A stretch of 64,000 nt of DNA from Candidatus Nanohaloarchaea archaeon (GTDB taxonomy: Archaea; Nanohalarchaeota; Nanosalinia; Nanosalinales; Nanosalinaceae), in NCBI GenBank assembly GCA_013343275.1, contig CP046106.1, positions 640,001-704,000 on the forward strand, written 5' to 3'. Shown here piece by piece: positions 37,739 to 47,914 of the stretch. Within the stretch, counting starts at the first letter, position 1. Every line of letters begins with the position of its first letter. The notes beneath the pieces were generated by a model, which searched no databases, was not told where the DNA came from, and saw nothing but the letters and a program-made list of their open reading frames with translations. The translations under genes were made by a program, and so were the position numbers.

Positions 37739-38518
37739 CTACTCCGGCATCTCCGCCGAACTGTAACTTCCAAGATTTTGGACCTCTCCGTAGGTTTCAA
37801 GGCACTTTAAGGCCTTTTGCAGCCGGCCATTCGCTGTCTCGGCCTCAACATAGAAGAAGTACTCTCCAAGTTTTTCCTTCGTAGGCCGTGACTGTATGTG
37901 GCTCAGGTTAATCTCGTGGCCAGAAAAACACGACAGCATCGAGTGAAGCAGGCCCGGCCTGTCCTCTCCAGGTTTCAGTATCAGCGAAGTTTTCTCCTCG
38001 GCCTCTGGCTCTCCGTTAAGCACAAGGAATCTGGTGACATTCACATCCCTGTCCTGTACGGATTTCCTCAAAATGTTTTTTCCGTTCAGCTCTGCTGCGA
38101 TCTCCGAGGCCAGTGCTGCCTCGCCACTTCCAAGATTTTCAACTGCGTCGGCCGTCGAATTGGCCTCTTCTGTTTCCCATCCATACTCGTTAATTATTTC
38201 TTTGCACTGTGCAAGGGCCTGTGGGTGAGATTTCACTTTCTCAATATCTGAAATATCTTTTTCGTCGGAGATCAGTGCGTGTTGAATTCCTAGAATTACT
38301 TCGCCAGTGATTTTTTCGTCGCGTTCTTCCAGGAGATCGATGGTATCTGTTACCCCTCCGCCCAGCGAGTTCTCGATTGGTACAAATTTTTTCTCGGCTT
38401 CTGATTCGAAAACCTCTCTTATAGTTGAGCAGAACTGTGTTTCAAGGTTGTCAAAGTATTTTTCAGCTGCTTGATGTGTGTAAGTTCCGGAAGGGCCTAG
38501 AAGTGCGACCTTCACCAT
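37739..38518 (-). CDS. pheA: Prephenate dehydratase
   Basis: LGPSGTYT, PIENS, SHPQALAQC, NVTRF, ACT domain IQSRP. Confidence 0.95.
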   Translation of the reverse strand: MVKVALLGPSGTYTHQAAEKYFDNLETQFCSTIREVFESEAEKKFVPIENSLGGGVTDTIDLLEERDEKITGEVILGIQHALISDEKDISDIEKVKSHPQALAQCKEIINEYGWETEEANSTADAVENLGSGEAALASEIAAELNGKNILRKSVQDRDVNVTRFLVLNGEPEAEEKTSLILKPGEDRPGLLHSMLSCFSGHEINLSHIQSRPTKEKLGEYFFYVEAETANGRLQKALKCLETYGEVQNLGSYSSAEMPE

Positions 38519-38586
38519 TTTTTCCTGCCTCCTGTGTGCATACCGTTGTTTTTCTTGTCAAACCTGTTAAATCTTTCAGGAGGACT

Positions 38587-39285
38587 CTAGAAGAGGCCTT
38601 TGTTCTCCGGTGTTTCAAGGCCGTCGTTGGTTATATCGAACTGTGTGGATCTTCCTTCAGGTATTGAACGGTGTTTGGCGACTTTGATCTTTCTGGTGCC
38701 GTCGGATTTCTCGGAGAGCTGGAGTAGGGCCTTCGACCAGTATTTTGGCACGTCTCTTCCTACGAGTTCCAGTTCGTCGTCATCAAAGCTTGTGTAGACC
38801 TGGTTGGTTATGACTACAGGGATTTCATGAGTCCTTGCTATCTTGGAGAGTTCGGATAGCTGGCGTGAAAGCCTCTGGTTGATCTCGGACGCGTTTTCGC
38901 CGTTAACCTGTAACCGGTACAGGGAAACCGCTGAATCCACTATAACGAGCTCCACGTTCTCAGATTCTACAACATCTGCCAGAGAATCTATGGCCTCTTC
39001 CTGCTCCTCGAAGTCTACAGGATCTCTCAGTAAAAGATTTTCGAGGGCCTTCTCTGATGCTACCTGTTCGAATCTTTCAGGCGAGAATCCTCCTTCTGTA
39101 TCGATGTATATTACTTTTCCACCGTTTTCTGCGACCGTGGCTGCTATCTGTATGCATACGTTGGTCTTCCCGGTTCCGGATCCTCCGTAGAAGTTGGTGA
39201 TGATCCCTTTCTCTATCCCGCCGTTCAGTAACTTGTCGACGGATTCACACCGAGTGGACACTCGCTCGACTTTCACAGGAAACAT
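38587..39285 (-). CDS. radB: DNA repair protein RadB
   Basis: Short RecA core, GTGKT, YIDTEGGF, KHR motif. Confidence 0.93.
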   Translation of the reverse strand: MFPVKVERVSTRCESVDKLLNGGIEKGIITNFYGGSGTGKTNVCIQIAATVAENGGKVIYIDTEGGFSPERFEQVASEKALENLLLRDPVDFEEQEEAIDSLADVVESENVELVIVDSAVSLYRLQVNGENASEINQRLSRQLSELSKIARTHEIPVVITNQVYTSFDDDELELVGRDVPKYWSKALLQLSEKSDGTRKIKVAKHRSIPEGRSTQFDITNDGLETPENKGLF

Positions 39286-39383
39286 CTGGTTGGAAATCTT
39301 TTATCGTTACTCTTGAGGAAAAACTACTTTTTTACGGACGTAAACAAAAATCCATTTAAACTTTCACTGACTACTGTTATACT

Positions 39384-39737
39384 ATGTCAGAAGAGGCCTC
39401 TCTCCTCACGTACAACACGGAACGCGATAAGTTCGAGTCCGTGTACGAGAGAAACAAGTTTTACCGCGGGCTGTTCGGATATACCCAGACAGTGAAGCGG
39501 AACGGGAAGAAATACGAGTACGAGAAAGACGGTTTGATGGATGAGATTCCGAACGTCCGTATCGATGACTCTGTTTTTATCCTGTCAAATCAAGATGTTA
39601 AACGTGTAGAGGCATACTTTACAGACTGGGGAGAGAAGGTATCACACCATATTTTCAAGGTCCTTCTCCAGGACCAGAACATAATTCAGAAGATTCAACC
39701 AGACGAAACAGAAGGTGAAGAACAAGATGGCAGATAA
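39384..39737 (+). CDS. Hypothetical protein, possible Cas2/VapD/PaaX-like ferredoxin fold
   Basis: LLTYN..., [18 protein letters not shown]. Confidence 0.6.
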   Translation: MSEEASLLTYNTERDKFESVYERNKFYRGLFGYTQTVKRNGKKYEYEKDGLMDEIPNVRIDDSVFILSNQDVKRVEAYFTDWGEKVSHHIFKVLLQDQNIIQKIQPDETEGEEQDGR

Positions 39738-42000
39738 CGACAACGAAGTAAAACTACGGGTTGGCGAAGTCCCTCCAAACGCCCAGCAAGACGTGGGCAA
39801 AGGAGTGATCAGGATAGACAGCAAAATCATGGAAGAACTAGGCGTCAGAGAAGGCGACGGAGTAATAGTAGAAGGAGACCGCGAAACAGCAGGAGTAGTC
39901 GCCAGAAGCTATCCTGCAGACAAAGGTCTCGGAATCGCCCGAATGGACGGATACATGAGGAAAAACGCAGGAACCAGCCTGGGAGAAAACGTAACAGTCA
40001 GCCCTGCCGAAGTAGAAGAAGCCGACAAAGTAGTGCTGGCGCCAGCCGAGGAAGGCGTAATGATGCAGGTATCCAACCCGAACTACTTCAAACGCGGATT
40101 AGGAGGCCGGATCCTGATGAAAGGAGACATCGTAGTACCAGGATCCAACAGAGATATGTCACCAAGCCTCTTTGACGAGTTTATGGGCGGAGGCGCCGAC
40201 AACATGAGGTTCGGATTCGGAGACCTCAAACTTTCAGTTGTAAACACAAAGCCGAAAGGCGCAGTCAAGATTACAGACGAAACGGAGATCGAAATGAAAC
40301 AACAAGCAGTAGAACCAAGCCAGACAGAAGTAAGCGTACCAGAGGTAACCTACGAAGATATCGGAGGTCTCGACGAAGAAGTACAGAAAGTCAGAGAAAT
40401 GATCGAGCTACCTCTCAAACACCCGGAAGTATTCCAGCAACTGGGAATCAGCGCACCAAGTGGAGTGCTACTGCACGGCCCGCCAGGAACAGGAAAAACA
40501 CTTCTTGCAAAGGCTGTAGCAAACGAGGCCGACGCAACCTTCCTCTCAATCGACGGCCCGGAAATCATGTCCAAATACTACGGAGAATCAGAGAAACAGC
40601 TGCGCGAAAAGTTCGAGGAAGCTCAGGAAGGAGCGCCAGCAATCATCTTCATCGACGAAATCGATGCAATCGCACCGAAGAGAAGTGACTCGGGCGGAGA
40701 AGTAGAACGCAGGGTAGTCTCAACCTTGCTCAGCGAGATGGATGGCCTGGAAGAAAGAGAAAACGTTATCGTCATCGCAGCAACTAACCGCGTTGACCAC
40801 ATCGATCCAGCACTGCGTAGAGGAGGCCGTTTCGACAGAGAGATCGAGATAGGGGTTCCAAACCGCGAAGGCCGTAAAGAGATCATGCAAGTCCATACAC
40901 GCAACATGCCGATGGATGACGACGTCGACCTTGACGAGATCGCAGACATGACCCACGGATACGTAGGAGCTGACCTCGAAGCGCTGTGCAAAGAAGCTGC
41001 TATGAGCGTGATACGGGGCGTGCTTCCAGAGATCGATATGGACGAAGAAATTCCAAGCGAGGTACTGGAGCAACTCGTTGTTGACAGAGACGCAATGGTC
41101 GAAGGAATGCGGATGGTAGAGCCATCGCAGATGAGAGAAGTCATGGTCGAAGTACCGAAGACCAGCTGGGACGACATCGGAGGCCTCAACGAAACAAAAG
41201 AGCGCCTACGTGAAATGGTTGAATGGCCGCAGAAATACCCTGAAAGATTCGAACGCATGGGAATCGACGTACCAAAAGGCATCCTGCTCTATGGAATGCC
41301 GGGAACAGGAAAAACCATGCTTGCCAAGGCCGTAGCAAACGAATCAGACTCAAACTTCATCTCAATCAAAGGCCCGGAGATTTTCTCCAAGTACGTCGGA
41401 GAATCAGAGGAATCTGTCAGAGAAATCTTCAAGAAGGCCCGCCAGGTAGCACCCTGCATCCTGTTCATCGACGAAATCGATGCAATCGCACCACGCAGAG
41501 GAGGCCGTAACTCAGATTCCGGTGTAGGAGACCGCGTAGTCAACCAATTACTGACAGAGCTCGACGGAATCGAGGCCCTTGAAGGAGTAACAGTTATTGC
41601 AGCAACCAACAGACCTGACATGATTGATCCAGCTATTATGCGTACAGGAAGGATTGATCGTAGCGTGGAAATCCCTATTCCAGACATGGAGGCCCGCAGA
41701 AAGATCTTCGAGGTTCATACAGAAGATATGCCTCTTGCAGATGATGTAGATCTCGACGAGTTAGCTGAGAAAGCAGATAACTGTGTAGGCAGTGATATCG
41801 AGTCGATCTGCAGAGAAGCCGGCATGAACGCTCTGCGTTCAGATACAGAAAGCGATGAAGTAACCATGGAAGACTTTGAGGAAGCAATGAGCGGTACCAG
41901 GCCTACTGCTACCGATGAGAACGTAGAGAACTACAAGGCTATGACGGAGAAGATGAGAGAACTGGAGACAGAGGAAGAGATTCCTGATTACTACGCATAA
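39727..42000 (+). CDS. cdc48: AAA ATPase CDC48/VAT
   Basis: Two AAA modules ([16 protein letters not shown]), C-terminal YYA; GAAGGTGA before ATG 39727. Confidence 0.97.
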   Translation: MADNDNEVKLRVGEVPPNAQQDVGKGVIRIDSKIMEELGVREGDGVIVEGDRETAGVVARSYPADKGLGIARMDGYMRKNAGTSLGENVTVSPAEVEEADKVVLAPAEEGVMMQVSNPNYFKRGLGGRILMKGDIVVPGSNRDMSPSLFDEFMGGGADNMRFGFGDLKLSVVNTKPKGAVKITDETEIEMKQQAVEPSQTEVSVPEVTYEDIGGLDEEVQKVREMIELPLKHPEVFQQLGISAPSGVLLHGPPGTGKTLLAKAVANEADATFLSIDGPEIMSKYYGESEKQLREKFEEAQEGAPAIIFIDEIDAIAPKRSDSGGEVERRVVSTLLSEMDGLEERENVIVIAATNRVDHIDPALRRGGRFDREIEIGVPNREGRKEIMQVHTRNMPMDDDVDLDEIADMTHGYVGADLEALCKEAAMSVIRGVLPEIDMDEEIPSEVLEQLVVDRDAMVEGMRMVEPSQMREVMVEVPKTSWDDIGGLNETKERLREMVEWPQKYPERFERMGIDVPKGILLYGMPGTGKTMLAKAVANESDSNFISIKGPEIFSKYVGESEESVREIFKKARQVAPCILFIDEIDAIAPRRGGRNSDSGVGDRVVNQLLTELDGIEALEGVTVIAATNRPDMIDPAIMRTGRIDRSVEIPIPDMEARRKIFEVHTEDMPLADDVDLDELAEKADNCVGSDIESICREAGMNALRSDTESDEVTMEDFEEAMSGTRPTATDENVENYKAMTEKMRELETEEEIPDYYA

Positions 42001-42002
42001 TC

Positions 42003-42045
42003 AGGCCTCCTCTCCCTTTCCCTTTTCCTTATTAATTCTGCTTTC
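42003..42045 (+). terminator. AGGCCT plus pyrimidine tract after cdc48
   Basis: AGGCCTCCTCTCCCTTTCCCTTTTCCTT. Confidence 0.5.
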
Positions 42046-42058
42046 TCAATGATTTACC

Positions 42059-42976
42059 ATGAGCGATACCTTAACCTGTGAAGAATGTGGCCGAGAATTT
42101 GATTCTGAAAGAGCTCTACATATACACCAGAGCCGGGCGCATAAAGAAGAGGAAGACTCAGACAACAGCTCTGAGGAAGAAGATACTGGAGAAGAAGAGG
42201 GCCGGATGAAGGCAGTTTTCCAGTTCAACTCGAAGAAAACTCTATACGCAAGCTTTCTGATAGGTGTTCTCGTAGGAGGATTCCTTATCGGAGGTCTCAA
42301 CGCATTGAACTCACAGGATATAGGCCTTCCTTCAGATAATAATGATTCAGGCTCTGATAGAATCCAGTTCTCTCCCAGCAACTTCTCCAACGACCCTACT
42401 CTAGGCTCCGCAGACGCTCCGGTTAGAGTGGTCATGGTTACAGACTACGGATGTCCATGGTGCGCAGAATGGATGGGAGTCAACGCAATCCCAAGCAGAA
42501 ATATCGATCAGACACAGACCTACCAGAGAATCAAAAACAACTACATAGACACCGGCAAAGTCAAGATGACGGTACTTGATTATCCTGCACATCCAAACGC
42601 CTTAAAGATGCATAAAGCCGCAAACTGCGTATATGAACAGGATAAAAGCCTTTACGGGGATTTCAGCATAAAGCTATATGAGAGAAGGGAAGATTGGCTT
42701 GGAGGAAGATCCGGCGCCGACAGACCTGTAGAAACGATTAGATCAATTTCACAGAATGTAGGGATCAACACTACTAGCGTACTGCAGTGTGTCAACAATA
42801 CAGGAACTACAGAAATCCAGAACGATGTACAGCTAGTGTCCAGCAAGGTCAGTAAGATTGGAACACCGCTCTTCTTCATCGGAAACGAGGAGAACGGGTA
42901 CGTTAAGATTAGCGGTGCGCAGACGTACAGTACCTTCAGCAAAATTATCGATCAGGAGCTTCAGAACTCAAACTGA
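42059..42976 (+). CDS. DsbA-like thioredoxin-fold protein with N-terminal C2H2 zinc finger and TM anchor
   Basis: CEECG...H....H, DYGCPWC, GTP, GAQ. Confidence 0.88.
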   Translation: MSDTLTCEECGREFDSERALHIHQSRAHKEEEDSDNSSEEEDTGEEEGRMKAVFQFNSKKTLYASFLIGVLVGGFLIGGLNALNSQDIGLPSDNNDSGSDRIQFSPSNFSNDPTLGSADAPVRVVMVTDYGCPWCAEWMGVNAIPSRNIDQTQTYQRIKNNYIDTGKVKMTVLDYPAHPNALKMHKAANCVYEQDKSLYGDFSIKLYERREDWLGGRSGADRPVETIRSISQNVGINTTSVLQCVNNTGTTEIQNDVQLVSSKVSKIGTPLFFIGNEENGYVKISGAQTYSTFSKIIDQELQNSN

Positions 42977-42977
42977 G

Positions 42978-43508
42978 ATGACAGACGTAGCAGAACAACT
43001 GGAAAAGCTAGCGGGTATACTGAAAAGGCCCAGATATTTTTCCTTCTCTATTCTAATATCTCTCACAGCACTCACCGTCTACAGCCTTCTGAACAATTTC
43101 AGCGTTTTAAGCAGATACATTCTGGACGGAGATTTCTCCCTGGTGTTCGCACTAATACCTGCAATATCTATCAGGTACTTTGAAACACTTCCCAGCGCCG
43201 AAATACTGCTGGTAGTAACGATCTCTGCACTGGTGGGCCTCAACATTACACTCGCTATATTCCGGCTTCTTGAACTATCGGAGTTCGGTAGAGAAAACGC
43301 CACCTCTCTAACCGGGGCGGGAATCGCAACGCTGGCACCGGCATGTACTGCATGCGCTGGAGCAGTTGTAGGCCTGACAGGAATTTCCAGTGCTGTAGCT
43401 CTTATTCCGTTCTCAGGCTACATAATCAGAATACTGGCCATAATACTGCTCGCTGGCTCAACAGTCTATACTCTGAACCAGATCGGTCTAAAGGCCTGTA
43501 AAATCTAG
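42978..43508 (+). CDS. Membrane protein with CxxC
   Basis: Start MTDVAEQ; ACTAC within hydrophobic region; terminal ACKI. Confidence 0.75.
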   Translation: MTDVAEQLEKLAGILKRPRYFSFSILISLTALTVYSLLNNFSVLSRYILDGDFSLVFALIPAISIRYFETLPSAEILLVVTISALVGLNITLAIFRLLELSEFGRENATSLTGAGIATLAPACTACAGAVVGLTGISSAVALIPFSGYIIRILAIILLAGSTVYTLNQIGLKACKI

Positions 43509-44398
43509 TTTCTGGTAGTGACGATATTCTCGCCGTCCTCGCCAGCACCTACGAGAACAGTGTGCTCGGCCTGTACAACAGTTCCTCCTTCAACCTCTTT
43601 CAGGACAGGATAGGAATGCACTATATCGGCCTGTACTAGCTTGTTCAGCGCCATCTTCTGTCGGGCCCCGAAATCATCGAACCACCGCGGGCTGAACGGT
43701 AGGCCCTGGAACTCCTTGATCTCTCCAAGAAGTTTTCTCTCATGACGACCTCTAACATTCCGATCAGTCTCCAGCTTGTAGATATTCCCTTGTTTTCCGT
43801 TCTTGATCTTTCCGGAGCCGTCGGTCAGGAAAGGCTCTATCGCAACAGCATCTCCTTCCTGGATAACATGGTCTGACCCGTTGTCCACGTTCGGGATAGA
43901 TACACCGGCGTGCTGAGTGTACTTGCCAAGGTAATGGCCTGTCAAGTTTCTGATAGCAGAGTACTCATCCGGAATCTGTCTCTGAACAAAAGCACCGAAC
44001 TCTCCAACAGTAACACCCGGCTCCAAGAATTCAAGGGCCTCTTCCAGAACCTCTTCAACTACTTCAATCATTTCCTCCTCGCTACCAGAAGGATTTACAG
44101 TAAGAGCAGTATCTGCGATGTATCCTTCAGAATGTGCGCCTATATCGATCTTCAATACATCGTTCTCCTTCAACTCTCTGTCCTCAGAGATGCCCGGAGA
44201 GTAGTGCGCGGCCTCTTCACCGATAGACAGGTTTACAGGAAATGCTGGTTCAAGGCCTTCATCTCTGATAAGTCCTTCAATCTCATCTGCAATAGTCTTG
44301 AGATTTGTTCCCGGGGTTGCTACTTCTCTTGCATGTTTCCTGGCCTTCTGGATTACTTCTCCAGCTCGGACATAGTTTTCGCGTTCTTCCTGATTCAT
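43505..44398 (-). CDS. map: Methionine aminopeptidase type II
   Basis: AAHYSP, DIGAH..GYIADTA, NLTGH, AIEPF, QAEHT. Confidence 0.96.
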   Translation of the reverse strand: MNQEERENYVRAGEVIQKARKHAREVATPGTNLKTIADEIEGLIRDEGLEPAFPVNLSIGEEAAHYSPGISEDRELKENDVLKIDIGAHSEGYIADTALTVNPSGSEEEMIEVVEEVLEEALEFLEPGVTVGEFGAFVQRQIPDEYSAIRNLTGHYLGKYTQHAGVSIPNVDNGSDHVIQEGDAVAIEPFLTDGSGKIKNGKQGNIYKLETDRNVRGRHERKLLGEIKEFQGLPFSPRWFDDFGARQKMALNKLVQADIVHSYPVLKEVEGGTVVQAEHTVLVGAGEDGENIVTTRN

Positions 44399-44430
44399 AG
44401 AAATAGAAAAGGTAGAGAAAAGTGAAAAAC

Positions 44431-45588
44431 CTATTCTCTGGCAACCCCTGAGTTCTTCGCCGCCTCCGCAACTCGGTCAGCGATCTCCATAGCCAGCTCC
44501 TTGTCCAGAGTCTCCGGCACAATATTGTCCTTCTCCGGCTCGATAAACCCTCTTATAGCTTCAGAGGCCGCAATCTTCATCTCCTCATTTATATCCGAGG
44601 CCCGAACATCGAGCGCGCCCCTGAAAACCCCTGGGAAAGCCAGTGAGTTATTTACCTGATTCTCGAAGTCGGATCTGCCGGTAGCAGTAATGTAGGCACC
44701 GGCCTCTTTTGCCTTTCCAGGCTTGATCTCCGGCTCGGGATTGGCAAGTGCAAAGACGATCGGATCCTCAGCCATGGACTCAACCATCTCTTTTGATACA
44801 ATCCCTGGTGCTGAAAGGCCTATAAGCACGTCAGCGTCTTTCATAGCGTCTTCAAGATCTCCTTCCTCTTCAGAGGCCAGAGTTCTCTCCGCAAGATCGG
44901 CCTTGTAGCTGTTTTCGTCGTCCGTTCTCAGAATACCTGATGAGTCTACCGGCACGATCTTTCGGGCGCCGGCGTCGAGAAGGAAGTTCGCTACTGCAAT
45001 ACCTGAGGCTCCTGCCCCGCTGATAACTATCCTGGAGTTCTCCAGATCTCTCTCCGCCAGTTCCAGTGCATTCCGAAGAGCTGCACCTACTACTATAGCG
45101 GTTCCGTGCTGGTCATCGTGGAATACAGGAATATCCAGCGACTTCTTCAGGGCCTCCTCTACCTTGAAGCATCTCGGTGCCTTGATATCCTCAAGATTTA
45201 TCGCGCCGTAGGTAGGTTCGATGCGCTCAACGTGCTCAATTATCTCTTCGGCAGTATCAGTATCGATACATTCCGGAAACCCATCTACATCTCCAAACTT
45301 CTTCATCAAGTTAGCTTTACCCTCCATTACCGGCATCGCAGCCTCCGCACCTATATCGCCGAGACCCAGAACAGCTGAACCATCACTTACAACCGCAACT
45401 AGATTGCCTTTACTGGTATATTCGTAGGCCTTTTCCACCTCTTCCTCTATTTCCTTGCATGGCTCCGCAACTCCGGGAGTATATACCAGGCTGAGATCTT
45501 CCTTGCCTTCGATCTCTACAGAAGGTTCTACAGAAATTTTTCCAGGGTTCTTGCTGTGAAGTTCAAGAGCTTCTTTTCGATCAACCAT
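44431..45588 (-). CDS. NAD(P)-dependent malic enzyme
   Basis: YTPGVA, MEGK, NLEDI, FHDDQHGT, GAGASG, ATGRSD. Confidence 0.95.
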   Translation of the reverse strand: MVDRKEALELHSKNPGKISVEPSVEIEGKEDLSLVYTPGVAEPCKEIEEEVEKAYEYTSKGNLVAVVSDGSAVLGLGDIGAEAAMPVMEGKANLMKKFGDVDGFPECIDTDTAEEIIEHVERIEPTYGAINLEDIKAPRCFKVEEALKKSLDIPVFHDDQHGTAIVVGAALRNALELAERDLENSRIVISGAGASGIAVANFLLDAGARKIVPVDSSGILRTDDENSYKADLAERTLASEEEGDLEDAMKDADVLIGLSAPGIVSKEMVESMAEDPIVFALANPEPEIKPGKAKEAGAYITATGRSDFENQVNNSLAFPGVFRGALDVRASDINEEMKIAASEAIRGFIEPEKDNIVPETLDKELAMEIADRVAEAAKNSGVARE

Positions 45589-45675
45589 GTAGATTACTTG
45601 GCAGTCAAATGACTAAAACAGTTTTCACTACTCCCCGCCATTAATCTTTAGAGATTCCTTCCTACAGAAATTCCT

Positions 45676-46446
45676 ATGGAAGACAAAAACAAGGAAGAAT
45701 CCACTAAAGAACATTTCAGAGAGGGTAAGAAACATCTGGAGAAGGGAACTCAGAAGGTAATGCAGGCCGGAATAGAGAAAGGGCGGGAGCAGACCAAGAA
45801 ACTTGACTATTACCGGCAGAACAGATCTGAGTTTATTGAAAACGTATCTCGGAGAATGGGCAACCCGAAAAAGCCGGCGGTATCCGGCCTTATCGTGGTT
45901 CTTCCCGTAGCAGTCGTTCTTCTTTTGGTCAACTGGCTTTTCAACAAGATCGGCCAGATTCCCGGCAACCAGTACTTCAATATCTCGAATATCTACTACC
46001 TCAATCAGACCTTCAAGCTGGCTATACTGCTGACTGTTGCAGCAGTTGTAGTAACCGGTGTAGGACGCCTAGTAAGGACGGAAAGAGGTTTTCAACTTGA
46101 GAAAATTCTAGACGAAATGTTCGACATGATACCTTTCATAGGCAGCGTATACAACATGACAAAAGTCACAACAGAGACTGTGATGGGCGGCGCCGAAGAC
46201 TTCTCAAGGCCTGTCAAAGTAGAGCACAGCGGATTCCGTCTGACAGGATTCAAAACCGGCAACCAGACCAAAGATGGTCGCGAAATAGTATTCATGCCTA
46301 CCGCGCCAAACATAACTTCAGGCCTTGTACTTGAGCTAGACGAAGAAAAAATAGAGGACGCCGATGAAACAGCCGAAGAGGCCTTAACAAGAATTCTATC
46401 AGCAGGTTTTGGAGAAGGAGGAAACTCCAGCTCGGAGGAGGAATAG
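45676..46446 (+). CDS. DUF502-like membrane protein
   Basis: IPFIGSVY, FMPTAPNITSG. Confidence 0.85.
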   Translation: MEDKNKEESTKEHFREGKKHLEKGTQKVMQAGIEKGREQTKKLDYYRQNRSEFIENVSRRMGNPKKPAVSGLIVVLPVAVVLLLVNWLFNKIGQIPGNQYFNISNIYYLNQTFKLAILLTVAAVVVTGVGRLVRTERGFQLEKILDEMFDMIPFIGSVYNMTKVTTETVMGGAEDFSRPVKVEHSGFRLTGFKTGNQTKDGREIVFMPTAPNITSGLVLELDEEKIEDADETAEEALTRILSAGFGEGGNSSSEEE

Positions 46447-46561
46447 AAAACAGAATTAAACAAGTTAAAGCCTTTAAACACAGAAAGAGTAATTTAAATT
46501 GCCTCAGCTTAACGATTGTTAATAGACCAGTTTAAAACCTTCAGCAAGTTATTGAAGAAAC

Positions 46562-47401
46562 ATGAGAAAATACCTTGCACTGCTACTTGCCTTAACCCTG
46601 ACAACAGGAATAGCCTCAGCGCAACCCAGCGACACTGGAGCCGCACAGAGCAATATTTCTGCAGGCCTTACCCCTGCCAGTCCTCTCTACGGCATTGAGA
46701 TGTTTGCTGAGAACCTGGAGGTCAAGCTAGCAGGCCTGATAGGCGGCAGTGATATGAAGGCAAAAGCCATGGCAAACAATGCCGAGGAAAGGCTTGCTGA
46801 AGCTCAAGAGCTTATTGAGAAAAACAGAAGTAGTAAAGCTACACAGCTGATAGAGAGGTACTCACACACAATCAATGAATCAATTGAAATAGCTAGCAGA
46901 GGGCAAAATGAAGGACTTAAGCAGAGGATAAACAACATTTCCAGCAGAAACGTAGAGATGCTGAAGAAGGTTAAAGAGAAAGTACCTGCCCAGGCACAGG
47001 ATGCGATCCAGAAGGCTATAGAGCAATCTGAAGAACGGGCAAAAGCTGCAAGAAACCGGACAGGTAAACCTGAAGGAATAACCGGCAGAAATAGCTCAGT
47101 TCAGCCCCCTGAAGCGCCAGGCGAAGGCAAAGCTCCTAAAGTAAGTAGAAAAACTAAAAACCGATCCATAGATGAAATCCTGGGCGGAGAGAGCACCAGC
47201 AACAAATCCAGAAAACCCCCTCAGCCATCAGCTAATGAAAGCTCCGTAGATAAAATCGTGCCTAACCAGAATAGCAGCACCTCCGAACGCTCGAACACTA
47301 CCAGAGAAAATGCTGGCGACACCTCGCCAACAGAGAGCCTGAAAAATAATACGGAGCTCAACAAATCATCAGATACTAATTCTCTGAATGAGTTGAAGTA
47401 A
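46562..47401 (+). CDS. Secreted DUF5667-like helical protein
   Basis: Signal peptide, GLTPASPLYG, AEERLAEA, KVPAQAQ. Confidence 0.75.
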   Translation: MRKYLALLLALTLTTGIASAQPSDTGAAQSNISAGLTPASPLYGIEMFAENLEVKLAGLIGGSDMKAKAMANNAEERLAEAQELIEKNRSSKATQLIERYSHTINESIEIASRGQNEGLKQRINNISSRNVEMLKKVKEKVPAQAQDAIQKAIEQSEERAKAARNRTGKPEGITGRNSSVQPPEAPGEGKAPKVSRKTKNRSIDEILGGESTSNKSRKPPQPSANESSVDKIVPNQNSSTSERSNTTRENAGDTSPTESLKNNTELNKSSDTNSLNELK

Positions 47402-47403
47402 TT

Positions 47404-47790
47404 ATGGCCGTTCCATTCCCTGAAGCAGAGCTGGAAATACTAATATACATGCTTCTCGGAGCCTTTATCGCACTTACATTTGCCTCAGGCCTATACATCT
47501 GGAAACTGAGACAAGTCTTGGTCTCAGCCCAGGGAGATTCCTCTGAAGAAGAGGAAGATCTCCGTATCGATAATATAGGCCTCTCGCGCAGAGCTGAAGA
47601 AGTTCTTGACATGGTGATGGATGACCCAACCCTTCAGAGCGATCTCCCTGACGAAGTCGATGTCTCGAAGGCCACGATAAGTAATGCAGTATCTGAACTT
47701 TTCGAGAGAGATCTTGTTATCAAGAAGAAAAAGGCCAATACCTACCTGATTGAACCTAATTTTGAGGAGATCAGGAAACAGCAGCGTTAA
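47404..47790 (+). CDS. Membrane-anchored HTH transcriptional regulator
   Basis: N-terminal TM; QSDL...DVSKATISNAVSEL..RDLV.K. Confidence 0.85.
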   Translation: MAVPFPEAELEILIYMLLGAFIALTFASGLYIWKLRQVLVSAQGDSSEEEEDLRIDNIGLSRRAEEVLDMVMDDPTLQSDLPDEVDVSKATISNAVSELFERDLVIKKKKANTYLIEPNFEEIRKQQR

Positions 47791-47854
47791 ACAATACTGA
47801 ACAGGTTTTCTCAATCATTAAACGGATTTAAACGGTTGCTGAACGGGTTTAAAC
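47788..47854 (+). promoter_or_regulatory. Phased T(A/G)AAC repeat array, putative operator
   Basis: Copies at 47788, 47798, 47819, 47829, 47840, 47850. Confidence 0.6.
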
Positions 47855-47914
47855 CGCTGTTTCTGGATACGCCATTTAAGGGTGGACCGAGTATGTCAGC
47901 TTGGTGAAAACAGA

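Noticed and set aside
38512-38541. uORF MHTGGRKKW before pheA, sharing GGR with the synthetase leaders
   Set aside because: GGR here is the GGAGG Shine-Dalgarno read as codons and the Trp codon is part of the pheA ATG context; there is no Phe/Tyr codon.
47788-47854. CRISPR array
   Set aside because: Repeats are 5-8 bp with about 10-bp period; no spacers or cas operon.
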